DNA of 64,000 nucleotides from NCBI RefSeq assembly GCF_058153355.1, contig NZ_CM177019.1; one strand, 5' to 3'. Shown piece by piece: positions 9,962 to 23,563 of this stretch (position 1 is its first letter; each line of letters starts with the position of its first letter). The notes under the pieces were generated by a model. It saw only the letters and a program-made list of their open reading frames with translations, ran no database searches and was not told where the DNA came from. The position numbers and the translations under genes were made by a program.

Positions 9962-9977
9962 CTGAATAAATATACAG
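9962..9977 (+). promoter_or_regulatory. LexA box (SOS operator) of dinJ
   Basis: ctgaataaatatacag fits CTG-N10-CAG, 17 bp upstream of the dinJ ATG. Confidence 0.6.
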
Positions 9978-9993
9978 CACAGGAGATACCCCA

Positions 9994-10254
9994 ATGGCTG
10001 CTAACGCGTTTGTTCGCGCCCGAATCGATGAAGATCTGAAGAATCAGGCGGCGGACGTACTGGCCGGGATGGGGCTGACCATCTCTGACCTGGTTCGCAT
10101 AACCCTCACAAAAGTCGCGCATGAAAAGGCATTGCCGTTTGATTTACGCGAGCCTAATCAATTAACCATTCAATCAATTAAAAACAGCGAAGCTGGCGTT
10201 GATGTTCATAAGGCCAAAGACGCCGATGATTTATTTGATCAATTAGGAATTTAA
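9994..10254 (+). CDS. dinJ: Antitoxin DinJ
   Basis: 86 aa matching K-12 DinJ; precedes yafQ. Confidence 0.9.
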   Translation: MAANAFVRARIDEDLKNQAADVLAGMGLTISDLVRITLTKVAHEKALPFDLREPNQLTIQSIKNSEAGVDVHKAKDADDLFDQLGI

Positions 10255-10256
10255 AT

Positions 10257-10535
10257 ATGATTCAAAGGGATATTGAATACTCGGGACAATTTTCAAAGGA
10301 TGTAAAACTTGCACAAAAGCGTCATAAGGATATGAATAAATTGAAATATCTTATGACGCTTCTTATCAATAATACTTTACCACTTCCAGCTGTTTATAAA
10401 GACCACCCGCTGCAAGGTTCATGGAAAGGTTATCGCGATGCTCATGTTGAACCGGACTGGATCCTGATTTACAAACTTACCGATAAACTTTTACGATTTG
10501 AGAGAACTGGAACTCACGCGGCGCTATTTGGGTAA
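10257..10535 (+). CDS. yafQ: Toxin YafQ (RelE-family mRNA interferase)
   Basis: 92 aa matching K-12 YafQ. Confidence 0.9.
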   Translation: MIQRDIEYSGQFSKDVKLAQKRHKDMNKLKYLMTLLINNTLPLPAVYKDHPLQGSWKGYRDAHVEPDWILIYKLTDKLLRFERTGTHAALFG

Positions 10536-10690
10536 AGCCCGCTTCCGATGAAATTTGTAAACCCTGCGCCGACAGGCTTGCGTAAAACTCTTTTGGTGAT
10601 AATGTGAGCCTTCCAAATCCAGACTATTCCGATTTGGGATCCATTTTGCCGTCCTGGCGTGTGTAACCGTTTTATCAAGGAATAAGCAGT

Positions 10691-11431
10691 ATGCGTAAAA
10701 TCGCATTAATTCTTGCGATGTTGTTGATCCCGTGCGTTTCGTTTGCCGGTTTGCTGGGCAGCAGTAGCTCGACCACGCCAGTGAGCAAAGAGTATAAGCA
10801 GCAGTTGATGGGCTCCCCTGTCTACATCCAGATCTTCAAGGAAGAGCGCACTCTCGATCTCTACGTCAAAATGGGTGAGCAATATCAACTGCTCGACAGC
10901 TATAAAATCTGTAAATATTCCGGCGGCTTAGGACCTAAACAGCGTCAGGGAGATTTCAAAAGCCCGGAAGGGTTTTATAGCGTCCAGCGTAATCAGTTAA
11001 AACCAGACAGTCGTTATTACAAAGCGATTAATATTGGTTTCCCCAATGCCTATGACCGTGCACATGGTTATGAAGGGAAATACCTGATGATTCACGGCGA
11101 TTGTGTTTCCATCGGCTGCTACGCGATGACCAATCAAGGTATTGATGAGATCTTCCAGTTCGTTACTGGCGCGCTGGTGTTTGGTCAGCCGAGTGTGCAG
11201 GTAAGTATTTATCCTTTCCGCATGACCGACGCCAACATGCAGCGCCATAAATATTCCAACTTTAAGGACTTCTGGGAGCAACTGAAGCCGGGTTACGACT
11301 ACTTTGAGCAAACCCGTAAGCCACCAACCGTTTCTGTGGTCAATGGCCGTTACGTCGTCAGCAAACCGTTGAGCCATGAAGTGGTGCAGCCACAGCTGGC
11401 ATCAAACTACACGCTCCCCGAGGCAAAATAA
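10691..11431 (+). CDS. yafK: L,D-transpeptidase YafK
   Basis: 246 aa with signal peptide and YkuD-like core (HGDCVSIGC). Confidence 0.85.
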   Translation: MRKIALILAMLLIPCVSFAGLLGSSSSTTPVSKEYKQQLMGSPVYIQIFKEERTLDLYVKMGEQYQLLDSYKICKYSGGLGPKQRQGDFKSPEGFYSVQRNQLKPDSRYYKAINIGFPNAYDRAHGYEGKYLMIHGDCVSIGCYAMTNQGIDEIFQFVTGALVFGQPSVQVSIYPFRMTDANMQRHKYSNFKDFWEQLKPGYDYFEQTRKPPTVSVVNGRYVVSKPLSHEVVQPQLASNYTLPEAK

Positions 11432-12169
11432 GCGCCATTCGCCTGGCATAATCTTTTGCCAGGTTTCATTGCCCGTCAGCGGCTGTGTCGCAATCACCGT
11501 GACCACATCATTCGGTGTGGTCTGCGAGCTGAAGTCGATTTCCACATCCTGATCCAGCAACGTTGCCACGCCAAACGGCGCGCGGCGGGTGATCCAGTGC
11601 AGATTGGTCGAGCAATACGCCATTACATAGCGTCCGTCCGAAAGTAGCATGTTGAAAACGCCCTTCTGCCGCAGTTCATCCGCCAGTGAGGCGATATATT
11701 TAAACACTGCCGCCATGTTGCCTGGTGTGCGCGGGTAACGCTGTGTTAATTTATGCAGCAGCCAGCAAAAGGCTTTTTCGCTGTCGGTTTCACCTACCGG
11801 GCGGAAGTTGCCGGTTTCCAGTGACTTGTACCCCGTCAGTTGCCCGTTATGGGCATAAGTCCAGTTGCGTCCCCATAACTCGCGGGTAAACGGATGAGTA
11901 TTTTCCAGTGCCACCTCGCCCCGATTCGCCTGGCGAATATGAGCAATTACCGAGCAGGATTTGATTGGATAGTCCTGGACCAGTTTGGCGATAGGGGAAT
12001 TAAAGCTGGGTTGCGGATCTTTAAATGTGCGACAGCCTTTACCTTCGTAAAAGGTAATGCCCCAGCCATCTTTATGTGGCCCGGTTCCACCACCACGCTG
12101 CACCAGACCGGTGAAACTAAAGCAGATATCGGTAGGGACGTTAGCGCTCATCCCGAGCAATTCGCACAT
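11402..12169 (-). CDS. yafJ: Class II glutamine amidotransferase YafJ
   Basis: Starts MCELLGM (N-terminal nucleophile Cys2); start set at the cat triplet 12167-12169. Confidence 0.85.
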   Translation of the reverse strand: MCELLGMSANVPTDICFSFTGLVQRGGGTGPHKDGWGITFYEGKGCRTFKDPQPSFNSPIAKLVQDYPIKSCSVIAHIRQANRGEVALENTHPFTRELWGRNWTYAHNGQLTGYKSLETGNFRPVGETDSEKAFCWLLHKLTQRYPRTPGNMAAVFKYIASLADELRQKGVFNMLLSDGRYVMAYCSTNLHWITRRAPFGVATLLDQDVEIDFSSQTTPNDVVTVIATQPLTGNETWQKIMPGEWRLFCLGERVV

Positions 12170-12234
12170 CGGTAACCTCCACAACAGCGAGGGCGCATGG
12201 CCCCCGGCGAAGATTGATTTAAGAATTTTCAGGT

Positions 12235-12370
12235 CGGATGCGGCGTGAACGCATTATTCGGCCTACGGTTCGGGTACAGATTTGTAGGCATGATAAGACG
12301 CGTCAGCGTCGCATCAGGCATCAGCGCACAAGTGCCGGATGCGGCGTAAACGCCTTATCCAGCCTACGCC
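12235..12370. repeat. REP/BIME cluster (three REP copies)
   Basis: Repeated gccggatgcggcgtgaacgccttatccggcctacg-type palindromic units between yafJ and gmhA. Confidence 0.6.
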
Positions 12371-12374
12371 AGAC

Positions 12375-12953
12375 TTACTTAACCATCTCTTTTTCAATTA
12401 ACTGGATCAGGATATGGATCACTTTAATGTGAATCTCCTGAATGCGGTCGGCATAACCAAAGTGCGGAACGCGAATTTCGATATCCGCTGTGCCAGCCAT
12501 TTTGCCGCCGTCTTTACCCGTCAGGGTGATCACTTTCATCCCCTTCTCACGCGCCGCTGCGATCGCTTTGATCACGTTTGCAGAGTTACCGGAGGTGGAA
12601 ATCCCCAGCAGTACATCGCCTTCGCGACCTACCGCTTCAACGTAGCGGGAGAAAATATCATTGAAACCGAAATCATTACCGACGCAGGAAATATGACTAA
12701 CGTCAGAAATGGCAATCGCCGGATAGCCCGGACGGTTTTCACGGTAGCGCCCCGTCAACTCTTCGGCAAAGTGCATGGCGTCGCAATGGGAACCGCCATT
12801 ACCGCAGGAAAGCACCTTACCACCGGCTTTAAAGCTATCTGCTAACAGGACCGCCGCGCGCTGAATGGCGTGAATATTGGCGTCATCTTTTAAAAAGTTA
12901 GCCAGCGTTTCCGCCGCTTCGTTCAGTTCGTTACGAATAAGATCCTGGTACAT
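12375..12953 (-). CDS. gmhA: Phosphoheptose isomerase GmhA
   Basis: 192 aa from [12 protein letters not shown]... (SIS domain); ORF track extension to 13115 is upstream read-through. Confidence 0.9.
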
Positions 12954-13154
12954 GAGGATATCCTTCAGCATAAATGTAATAGACAAAATGCAGTGTACCG
13001 GATACCGCCAAAAGCGAGAAGTACGGGCAGGTGCGATGACCAGGACTTTTTGACCTGAAGTGCGGATAAAAACAGCAACAATGTGAGCTTTGTTGTAATT
13101 ATATTGTAAACACATTGCTAAATGTTTTTACATCCACTACAACCATATCATCAC

Positions 13155-13171
13155 AAGTGGTCAGACCTCCT
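13155..13171 (+). promoter_or_regulatory. FadR operator-like site in the fadE promoter
   Basis: aagtggtcagacctcct resembles the FadR consensus (AnCTGGTCnGACCTGnT), 22 bp upstream of the fadE ATG. Confidence 0.5.
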
Positions 13172-13192
13172 ACAAGTAAGGGGCTTTTCGTT

Positions 13193-15637
13193 ATGATGAT
13201 TTTGAGTATTCTCGCTACGGTTGTCCTGCTCGGCGCGTTGTTCTATCACCGCGTGAGCTTATTTATCAGCAGTCTGATTTTGCTCGCCTGGACAGCCGCC
13301 CTCGGCGTCGCTGGTCTGTGGTCGGCGTGGGTACTGGTGCCTCTGGCCATTATCCTCGTACCGTTTAACTTTGCGCCTATGCGTAAGTCGATGATTTCTG
13401 CGCCGGTATTTCGTGGATTCCGTAAGGTGATGCCACCGATGTCACGCACTGAAAAAGAAGCGATTGATGCAGGCACTACCTGGTGGGAAGGCGACTTGTT
13501 CCAGGGTAAGCCGGACTGGAAAAAGCTGCATAACTATCCGCAGCCGCGCCTGACCGCAGAAGAGCAAGCGTTTCTCGACGGCCCGGTAGAAGAAGCCTGC
13601 CGGATGGCGAATGATTTCCAGATTACTCATGAGCTGGCTGATTTGCCGCCGGAGCTGTGGGCGTACCTTAAAGAGCATCGTTTCTTCGCGATGATCATCA
13701 AAAAAGAGTACGGCGGGCTGGAGTTCTCGGCTTATGCCCAATCTCGTGTGCTGCAAAAACTCTCCGGCGTGAGCGGGATCCTGGCGATTACCGTCGGCGT
13801 GCCGAACTCATTAGGCCCGGGCGAGTTGCTGCAACATTACGGCACTGACGAGCAGAAAAATCACTATCTGCCGCGTCTGGCGCGTGGTCAGGAGATCCCT
13901 TGCTTTGCACTGACCAGCCCGGAAGCGGGTTCCGATGCGGGCGCGATTCCGGATACCGGGATTGTCTGCATGGGCGAGTGGCAGGGCCAGCAGGTGCTGG
14001 GGATGCGACTGACCTGGAACAAACGCTACATTACGCTCGCGCCAATTGCTACCGTGCTTGGGCTGGCGTTTAAACTCTCCGACCCGGAAAAACTGCTGGG
14101 TGGTGCAGAAGATTTAGGTATTACCTGTGCACTTATCCCGACCACCACGCCAGGCGTGGAAATTGGTCGTCGCCACTTTCCGCTGAACGTACCGTTCCAG
14201 AACGGACCGACGCGCGGCAAAGATGTCTTCGTACCGATCGACTACATTATCGGCGGACCAAAAATGGCCGGGCAAGGCTGGCGGATGCTGGTGGAGTGTC
14301 TCTCCGTGGGGCGCGGCATCACCCTACCTTCCAACTCAACCGGCGGCGTGAAGTCGGTGGCGCTGGCAACGGGCGCGTATGCGCACATTCGCCGTCAGTT
14401 CAAAATCTCTATCGGTAAGATGGAAGGGATTGAAGAGCCGCTGGCGCGTATTGCCGGTAATGCCTACGTGATGGATGCTGCGGCATCGCTGATTACCTAC
14501 GGCATTATGCTCGGTGAAAAACCTGCCGTGCTGTCGGCTATCGTTAAGTATCACTGTACCCACCGTGGGCAGCAGTCGATTATTGATGCGATGGATATCA
14601 CCGGGGGTAAAGGCATTATGCTCGGTCAGAGCAACTTCCTGGCACGAGCTTACCAGGGCGCACCGATTGCCATCACCGTTGAAGGGGCCAACATTCTGAC
14701 CCGCAGCATGATGATCTTCGGTCAGGGAGCGATACGTTGCCATCCGTACGTGCTGGAAGAGATGGAAGCGGCGAAGAACAATGACGTTAACGCGTTCGAT
14801 AAACTGCTATTCAAACATATCGGCCACGTCGGCAGTAACAAAGTTCGCAGCTTCTGGCTGGGCCTGACGCGCGGTTTAACCAGCAGCACACCAACCGGCG
14901 ATGCCACTAAACGCTACTATCAGCATCTTAACCGCCTGAGCGCCAACCTCGCCCTGCTTTCTGATGTCTCGATGGCGGTGCTGGGTGGCAGCCTGAAACG
15001 TCGCGAACGCATCTCGGCACGTCTGGGTGATATTTTAAGTCAGCTTTACCTCGCCTCTGCCGTTCTGAAGCGTTATGACGACGAAGGCCGTAATGAAGCC
15101 GACCTGCCGCTGGTGCATTGGGGCGTACAGGATGCGCTGTATCAGGCTGAACAGGCAATGGACGATTTACTGCAAAACTTCCCGAACCGCGTGGTTGCCG
15201 GGCTGCTGAATGTGGTGATCTTCCCGACCGGACGCCATTATCTGGCACCGTCTGACAAACTGGATCATAAAGTGGCGAAGATTTTACAAGTGCCTAACGC
15301 CACCCGTTCACGTATTGGTCGCGGTCAGTACCTGACGCCGAGCGAGCATAACCCGGTTGGTTTACTGGAAGAGGCGCTGGTGGATGTGATTGCCGCCGAT
15401 CCGATTCATCAGCGGATCTGTAAAGATCTGGGTAAAAACCTGCCATTTACCCGTCTGGATGAACTGGCGCACAACGCGCTGGCAAAGGGGCTGATTGATA
15501 AAGATGAAGCCGCTATTCTGGTGAAAGCTGAAGAGAGTCGTCTGCGCAGTATTAACGTTGATGACTTTGATCCGGAAGAGCTGGCGACGAAGCCGGTAAA
15601 GTTGCCGGAGAAAGTGCGGAAAGTTGAAGCCGCATAA
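13193..15637 (+). CDS. fadE: Acyl-CoA dehydrogenase FadE
   Basis: 814 aa from [12 protein letters not shown]...; matches recalled K-12 FadE throughout. Confidence 0.9.
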   Translation: MMILSILATVVLLGALFYHRVSLFISSLILLAWTAALGVAGLWSAWVLVPLAIILVPFNFAPMRKSMISAPVFRGFRKVMPPMSRTEKEAIDAGTTWWEGDLFQGKPDWKKLHNYPQPRLTAEEQAFLDGPVEEACRMANDFQITHELADLPPELWAYLKEHRFFAMIIKKEYGGLEFSAYAQSRVLQKLSGVSGILAITVGVPNSLGPGELLQHYGTDEQKNHYLPRLARGQEIPCFALTSPEAGSDAGAIPDTGIVCMGEWQGQQVLGMRLTWNKRYITLAPIATVLGLAFKLSDPEKLLGGAEDLGITCALIPTTTPGVEIGRRHFPLNVPFQNGPTRGKDVFVPIDYIIGGPKMAGQGWRMLVECLSVGRGITLPSNSTGGVKSVALATGAYAHIRRQFKISIGKMEGIEEPLARIAGNAYVMDAAASLITYGIMLGEKPAVLSAIVKYHCTHRGQQSIIDAMDITGGKGIMLGQSNFLARAYQGAPIAITVEGANILTRSMMIFGQGAIRCHPYVLEEMEAAKNNDVNAFDKLLFKHIGHVGSNKVRSFWLGLTRGLTSSTPTGDATKRYYQHLNRLSANLALLSDVSMAVLGGSLKRRERISARLGDILSQLYLASAVLKRYDDEGRNEADLPLVHWGVQDALYQAEQAMDDLLQNFPNRVVAGLLNVVIFPTGRHYLAPSDKLDHKVAKILQVPNATRSRIGRGQYLTPSEHNPVGLLEEALVDVIAADPIHQRICKDLGKNLPFTRLDELAHNALAKGLIDKDEAAILVKAEESRLRSINVDDFDPEELATKPVKLPEKVRKVEAA

Positions 15638-15643
15638 TTGAAT

Positions 15644-15670
15644 AACGGAGCCGAAAGGCTCCGTTTCTTT
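15644..15670. terminator. Rho-independent terminator between convergent fadE and ivy
   Basis: aacggagcc-gaaa-ggctccgtt hairpin followed by a T tract. Confidence 0.5.
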
Positions 15671-15679
15671 ATCCGCTAA

Positions 15680-16153
15680 TTATTTAAAATTAAAGCCATC
15701 CGGATGATTTTCCAGGCTGCCGGTCAACGCCGCGAATAGCACCGTTTTACCATCAATCGAAAGCGCATCATTCACATTCAACCAGGTGAGTTTCTCTTGC
15801 GAGGTTTTCTCATCAATGGTCGAGAACAGCCCCGTCATCTGATTAGATTTCTCGGACCACATCACAGCGATACGTTGCGAGCCACAGTCATGCGGTTTGC
15901 ACGCGCTCATCACCTGATACGTCTCATCTCCCAATGTCACGGTTTGTGCGGGGGTATAAGTACCGCCTTTCATCACCCAGGCAGGCAGCTTATGCCCTTG
16001 CACCATCTGACTAAACGCAGCTTTGGTGGTTTCGCCCTTTGCAAGGCTGCTAATGGTTAAATCATCCTGCGCCATTGCACTGGTGGCGATGACCAGTGCG
16101 GCGACTGTCGTTATTGCCTTAAACATCATTCCTCCCGAGCTTATCCTGCCCAT
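15680..16153 (-). CDS. ivy: Inhibitor of vertebrate lysozyme Ivy
   Basis: 157 aa with signal peptide and the CKPHDCG loop characteristic of Ivy. Confidence 0.9.
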   Translation of the reverse strand: MGRISSGGMMFKAITTVAALVIATSAMAQDDLTISSLAKGETTKAAFSQMVQGHKLPAWVMKGGTYTPAQTVTLGDETYQVMSACKPHDCGSQRIAVMWSEKSNQMTGLFSTIDEKTSQEKLTWLNVNDALSIDGKTVLFAALTGSLENHPDGFNFK

Positions 16154-16306
16154 GTTATTAACCTCCTAAAGCCTGGCGATAACACGATAATTTGCAAATC
16201 AGATATTTCCAATATCAGCATTTGTTATCAATTTATTCTGCGCTAAGGCAACTGCCTGATAAGGTGTTAGAGTTATAAAACCCTTCGCATAAAGGAGTTG
16301 TACACC

Positions 16307-17077
16307 GTGCCTGGTTTGAAGATTACGCTTTTACAGCAACCACTGGTGTGGATGGATGGTCCTGCCAACCTGCGTCATTTTGATCGTCAACTGGAAGGTA
16401 TTACCGGACGCGATGTGATCGTTCTACCGGAGATGTTTACCAGCGGCTTTGCCATGGAAGCGGCAGCTTCGTCGCTAGCACAAGATGACGTAGTGAACTG
16501 GATGACAGCCAAAGCGCAGCAGTGCAATGCGCTGATTGCAGGCAGTGTTGCATTACAAACAGAGTCTGGTTCGGTTAACCGCTTTTTGCTGGTTGAGCCG
16601 GGCGGCACGGTACATTTTTATGATAAGCGTCATCTGTTCCGCATGGCAGATGAGCATCTGCATTATAAAGCGGGCAATGCGCGAGTGATTGTGGAATGGC
16701 GCGGCTGGCGTATTTTGCCGCTGGTGTGCTACGACTTACGTTTTCCGGTGTGGTCGCGCAATCTCAACGATTATGACCTCGCCATCTACGTCGCCAACTG
16801 GCCTGCCCCACGCTCTCTGCACTGGCAGGCATTGTTGACAGCCCGCGCGATTGAGAATCAGGCGTATGTGGCGGGATGCAATCGCGTCGGCAGCGATGGC
16901 AATGGCTGCCATTATCGCGGTGACAGCCGGGTGATTAATCCACAGGGCGAGATTATCGCTACTGCCGACGCGCATCAGGCAACGCGCATTGATGCGGAGC
17001 TGTCGATGGCGGTGTTACGGGAATATAGAGAAAAGTTTCCAGCATGGCAGGATGCGGATGAGTTTAGGTTGTGGTGA
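16307..17077 (+). CDS. yafV: Nitrilase-superfamily omega-amidase YafV
   Basis: Matches recalled K-12 YafV from a GTG start (VPGLKITLL...), RBS aaggag 9 nt upstream; ORF track starts at an upstream TTG. Confidence 0.85.
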   Translation: MPGLKITLLQQPLVWMDGPANLRHFDRQLEGITGRDVIVLPEMFTSGFAMEAAASSLAQDDVVNWMTAKAQQCNALIAGSVALQTESGSVNRFLLVEPGGTVHFYDKRHLFRMADEHLHYKAGNARVIVEWRGWRILPLVCYDLRFPVWSRNLNDYDLAIYVANWPAPRSLHWQALLTARAIENQAYVAGCNRVGSDGNGCHYRGDSRVINPQGEIIATADAHQATRIDAELSMAVLREYREKFPAWQDADEFRLW

Positions 17078-17119
17078 GTGGGTGTTGTGTTTAGGACCGG
17101 GGAGAGTCGGGGTAAGACT

Positions 17120-17300
17120 ACGAAAGCCCGCTCTCCTGCGACCACTTTTATCATAGGAGTGTGGAAGCGCTTTTCCATCAATTGCGATGACGTCTTTATC
17201 ATTTGATGAATGGCAATCTCGCATCCAGTTAATAAAGCATTCGTGAAATTATACTGAACGGATACAAGACATAACTCTAATTATGGTGCCGTGAACAGGA
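17120..17300 (-). mobile_element. ISAs1-family (H-repeat) transposase fragment; positional equivalent of the K-12 yafF remnant
   Basis: Translation ...[29 protein letters not shown]... matches the conserved core of H-repeat-associated proteins; about 150 bp are also similar to 19060-19240. Confidence 0.5.
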
Positions 17301-17348
17301 TTACCATTTTCAAAATTACGATATTATTTGCAGTAATTATGTTATTAA

Positions 17349-17861
17349 TCATTGTGATATTTCCATCTCTGTGATTAATACCGGATAAGCATTTAATTGC
17401 AGAGTTTGCACGAAATTATCGCAGATAACTGGCAATAACAATAACCCATCAGCCCGCTGCTGTAATACCTCCATTCGTTCTACTGATTCAACATTAACAA
17501 CCAAACCAAGGGCATTTAGCGATTTAAGGATCTCCAGATGTTCACTCATCCAGCGCAGAGAAAAAGGATCATCACCAATTATAAAAACAGGCCCCCAGCC
17601 GGTTAATAACTGGCGTTTCATTACGGAACCAGGATGAAGTCGAGTACATATTACAGGAAATACCCCCTGTTGCGATGGTTCCAATGATGTGGATAATTCA
17701 GAAATATTTTCCATTGTTAGTGAAGAATTAACATCCATTAATAATGGTGAAACAACCTCACTTTCCTTGCTAGTAATGGCTGCACTAATCTGAGAGGAAA
17801 ATAACAATATTATTACGTATAAACTCATTTTTAACATAACAAATTCAATCCGTTTATTCAT
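17349..17861 (-). CDS. Hypothetical exported/membrane-anchored protein (N-terminal hydrophobic segment)
   Basis: 170 aa, AT-rich, no recognisable domain; lies where K-12 carries yafU, between the H-repeat remnants. Confidence 0.35.
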   Translation of the reverse strand: MNKRIEFVMLKMSLYVIILLFSSQISAAITSKESEVVSPLLMDVNSSLTMENISELSTSLEPSQQGVFPVICTRLHPGSVMKRQLLTGWGPVFIIGDDPFSLRWMSEHLEILKSLNALGLVVNVESVERMEVLQQRADGLLLLPVICDNFVQTLQLNAYPVLITEMEISQ

Positions 17862-17927
17862 GTTATAGAATAATGATGCTATAAATCATCATTAATGTTC
17901 AATTATTTAATCACACAGTTTAAAAAA

Positions 17928-18431
17928 TCATTGACCAATGTGAATTGGCAATGTACCACTCAAGTTAAAATCACTGAATATTTTATCAATTTCTCTTGCA
18001 GTTTCTATATATTTAACCTCTTTCGTACTTGCATTATAAATAGCCCAAGCCTCGGGATGGGATGTTCCACCAAACCTTACAAAAAAACTTGATTTCATAT
18101 TATTATATAAATTAACATCAGGAAAAGGATCTTCTCCAAAATTAGTAGTATTGAATAATGAAAGTTCGTATCGCTTAGAAAATTCTGTTGGTAGGATAGC
18201 TTCACTGCCATCAATAGCATTCATCCAGAGTTTGTTACCATTATATTCCAACAATAATCTCTGTTTTGCATGTGTCTTATCTCGTTCTTTAACGACAGCG
18301 AATACCTTTTTAACAACTTGCTGTGCGGATGGTCCTATTGTATTACCAAAAGCTGGCAACCCGATTTTGCCATAAACACTCTCCTGAATAAAATAAATAT
18401 CCGTTTTATCGGCCTCGACAATATCTACCAT
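17928..18431 (-). CDS. Hypothetical cytoplasmic protein
   Basis: 167 aa, AT-rich, no recognisable motif; lies where K-12 carries ykfM. Confidence 0.35.
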   Translation of the reverse strand: MVDIVEADKTDIYFIQESVYGKIGLPAFGNTIGPSAQQVVKKVFAVVKERDKTHAKQRLLLEYNGNKLWMNAIDGSEAILPTEFSKRYELSLFNTTNFGEDPFPDVNLYNNMKSSFFVRFGGTSHPEAWAIYNASTKEVKYIETAREIDKIFSDFNLSGTLPIHIGQ

Positions 18432-18600
18432 TTATCCCTCCAAACAAGACCTGACTCCAGGACAAGAGCATAGTGTGTAGTAAACACTTCATGCTCTTGC
18501 CCTGACCATTGAAATAACAACTTTCGTTTGTTTACTGTACGCTGTCTAAATAGCTGCGTGGAATAAAGTTGCACTTTTTATCATCCCTTGCAGAGCAAGA

Positions 18601-19422
18601 TTACGAAAACCCGTCTCCGCAAGGACTGACGCGAGGTAGTCTCTGTCCGTAGCTGCTTTCACATCTTACATCTTGCCCCTGCCTTGAGTATCTTATCTTT
18701 CTTTGAAATATTAATAGCGATGTTCCGTATCCCTGAAATAATTCTGCTGCATTTCCTCTTCTTATTTTGAAGTCGTCTTTATTCATTACCACGTCCAGAT
18801 GCTAGTGCAATTTATTCTCCACTTGCCAGTGATTTCGGTTCGCTGTGGCGAACTTCTCTGCGGTTAAATCAGCAGAAATGCTAAAATATCTGACCGTCAT
18901 TTCGGGATTTTTCTTTTGTTCTGCTATTATTGAGCGAAATGAGACTGCCATGCATAATTTCTTCAGCCCTTTCCATTCAAACGTAAAATCAATAAATTCA
19001 TCAGGGACATCGCAAATAATATGAAGACGGATTTTAATGACATAAATCGCTCCCTTGCGGCGACTCTTGTCATAAGAGTGCCGAAGCGTTTTTCCATCAA
19101 TTGCAATGACATCTTTATCATCTGAGGAATGGCAGTCACGCATCCAGTTAATAAAGCACTCATGAAATTTTGCAGGACTGATACAGGATACAACTCTGGC
19201 AATGATATCGTGAATAGGAATACCATTTTCAAAATCACCATATCACTTCAAAAAATCGGGATGTGTTTCCCCAAATCCTCTATATCTTCCCAGCCTTATG
19301 CACCAGAAATAACGGCGCAAATAGTTAACAGATAGAATATCTGGCAATTTATGCTCCACTTTCCAGGCTTGCCTGTAATCGGGGATAATAGAAATATGTT
19401 CCATCAATTTTTTAAGTTCCAT
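18601..19422 (-). pseudogene. ISAs1-family (H-repeat-associated) transposase, degenerate: internal deletion plus frame changes
   Basis: N-terminus [20 protein letters not shown]... (start at cat 19420-19422), core [26 protein letters not shown]-terminus VMNKDDFKIRRGNAAELF spread over three frames (ORFs 18963..19241, 18802..19143, 18601..18792). Confidence 0.6.
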
Positions 19423-19592
19423 TTTGTCCCCCTTAATTATGCAATGAGTATTTGATCATGTATAAGCAATGAAAAACAGCTTTAGGTAATAAGGAACACC
19501 TCAATTATTGAACATAAAATGCGAATTATTTAGTACAAAAAAAGCAGCATTAAGTGAGTAGGCCACCGGAACCTCCCCGACAGCCTCTCGCA

Positions 19593-19626
19593 GAACCGTA
19601 CGTGAAACTCTCGCTTCATACGGCTC
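19593..19626 (-). ncRNA. Group II intron domain V (catalytic hairpin)
   Basis: Minus-strand sequence GAGCCGTATGAAGCGAGAGTTTCACGTACGGTTC matches the domain V pattern GAGCCGTAT...ACGTACGGTTC. Confidence 0.65.
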
Positions 19627-19683
19627 CCGTCAGGCAAACGCGCTTCCTGGTCCTGCTTTCCAGTGGGCAAACAACTCCGGCTT

Positions 19684-20952
19684 CTATTTTGACAGCCTTT
19701 CCATTAGCTGACACGCCTTCGTCTTTCTATACCGCAGGGTTTTATATTTCTTTCTCGCCCACGCAATCAGCGTCAGATTAATATATCTGCATACTTTCTT
19801 CATCGCTGATTTGTGGTATCTCGCGTAATAATTCAGCCACCCCGATATTATCGGATTCAGCCACTTCGCAATATCTTCGAGACTCATCTCCACCCTGCGT
19901 CTGATCCACTGTTTCCTGAGTTTTCCAATCATGCCTTTCTGCGCACGGTTACTCGCCGCCGGGCTGAAACTCGTAAAGAGGTTTCCCCGCCGGTGGTTAC
20001 GTGCTCTTCGCGCTCTGAACGTATACCCCAGAAAATCAAACTGCACTGTTTCATGGTTCGCCTGTCGTTCGCTGTCTTTGCAGTAAACTATTTTCGTTTT
20101 CTCCGGATGTAATTCCAGTCCACATTCCTGAAAACGTTTTGCCAGCTTATTCAGTAATTCCTCTGCCTGTTGTTTACTGCCACAATGAATTAATCCATCA
20201 TCTGCATAACGGCACCAGGGAATTTCCGGATAATGTAACGTCAGCCATTTATCAAACACATAGTGCAGAAATAAATTCGCCAGTACCGGGCTGATGACTC
20301 CACCCTGTGGCGTACCTTTATTTCTTTCCTTCAGTGTTCCATCCGGCATCTGCACCGGCGCTGTCAGCCACCGGCGAATAGACAGTCTTACCCATTTATC
20401 CGCACAATGTTTATCTACTGCCCTGAGTAATAAATCGTGGGAGATATTATCGAATAACCCTTTAATATCAAACTCAAGACACCAGTCGTATTGCCAGCAA
20501 CGTTTTCTGGTGACTGCTATTGCATCCAGCGCTGATTTTCCATGCCGGTATCCGTATGAATCATTCAGGAAATAACGCTCCACTAATGGTTCAAACGTTA
20601 CCAGCACCGTCATCTGCGCTATTCGATCGCTTACTGTCGGTATTCCTAAAAGTCTTTTGCTGCCATCCTTCTTCGGAATTTCCACCGCACGCACTGGCGG
20701 CGGCATCCAGCTTCCCGACGATAACCTGTTCCAGATTTTGTACAGATTTCCTTTCAGATCCCGCTCAAAATCTTTCAGCGTCTGGTTATCCACTCCGGCA
20801 GCTCCGGCATTCGCCTTTATCCGCCGGTACGCTTCCACCACATGCAATTTACTGACCTGAAACGGTTTTGTCTGTTCACACACAGCCTCCTCCTGCCTAC
20901 AGTTGGGCTGTGATGCAGACTGCCCGACGCTGTCCCTTCGCTCCACGTTCAT
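19684..20952 (-). CDS. Group II intron reverse transcriptase/maturase (no HNH endonuclease domain evident)
   Basis: RT motifs (AGAAGVD, GTPQGGVISP, YADDGL) and maturase X region; start set at MNVERRD (20952) because the track start at 21105 lies inside the IS21. Confidence 0.8.
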   Translation of the reverse strand: MNVERRDSVGQSASQPNCRQEEAVCEQTKPFQVSKLHVVEAYRRIKANAGAAGVDNQTLKDFERDLKGNLYKIWNRLSSGSWMPPPVRAVEIPKKDGSKRLLGIPTVSDRIAQMTVLVTFEPLVERYFLNDSYGYRHGKSALDAIAVTRKRCWQYDWCLEFDIKGLFDNISHDLLLRAVDKHCADKWVRLSIRRWLTAPVQMPDGTLKERNKGTPQGGVISPVLANLFLHYVFDKWLTLHYPEIPWCRYADDGLIHCGSKQQAEELLNKLAKRFQECGLELHPEKTKIVYCKDSERQANHETVQFDFLGYTFRARRARNHRRGNLFTSFSPAASNRAQKGMIGKLRKQWIRRRVEMSLEDIAKWLNPIISGWLNYYARYHKSAMKKVCRYINLTLIAWARKKYKTLRYRKTKACQLMERLSK

Positions 20953-21153
20953 TACAAACGCTTCCTCACTACTACGAACAGCTCTGCCCCGGTTTCGCAC
21001 ATCGATACTCTCATACTCATAATTTCGGTTATTTGTATTTCTCTCTTGACATTGCGACGACCGGTTCCCGTAGTTCCTGCAAAGAGCCTGATATGTCAAC
21101 GCCACGATTTTTAACCGTTATTTGCCATTTTCATGCCCGCTAAGATACTTTCG

Positions 21154-23123
<1,970 letters not shown>

Positions 23124-23563
23124 GTTGATGTCCTTTCTGGTGTGGGAACCTTAAGGAAACAACATGTTGGGTGGAGCGGACAATCCAAATGGCGAATTAC
23201 CGTCTTATATCACTGGCGCTGACAGATACAGCGTCATGCCTGCTATACACCGGACACCATTCACGCAGCATTCGGAATTCACCCGTAAATTAATCCCGGC
23301 GGTATCACGAAACCTCCGGTTTTGATGTCACTTAGGACTAACGACGTTTCAACACAGGTTCGGGTTTACTCATCTCACTGTATCTCACATAGGATCAGAT
23401 CTCGTCTGATCGTTCCCCCTGCGCTCACTACCATGGCTCTTTACCACAGCAGCCGGGGTTGTTTGGGACCGACTTCCGACAGCAGATCCCGGTGGGCCTG
23501 CCACCATCTCTTCACAAGCTTATGCTTATTACATGCAAAACGTCCCGTTTTGCATCTTTGTGC

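Noticed and set aside
10536-10690. Short inverted repeat (ccaaatc...gatttgg) between yafQ and yafK
   Set aside because: 7-bp stem with a 12-nt loop and no following T tract; too weak to call a terminator or regulatory element.
12954-13115. Upstream extension of the gmhA ORF (246 aa as tracked)
   Set aside because: GmhA begins at MYQDL (12953); the extension crosses the gmhA-fadE divergent promoter region.
17078-17350. Search for a direct repeat of the tRNA-Asp 3' end at the distal island boundary
   Set aside because: No tRNA-derived repeat was found by eye; the boundary is occupied by the H-repeat fragment.
20953-21105. N-terminal 51 codons of the tracked reverse-transcriptase ORF
   Set aside because: The tracked start codon lies inside the IS21 (21094 onward); it is an artefact of read-through across the insertion junction.
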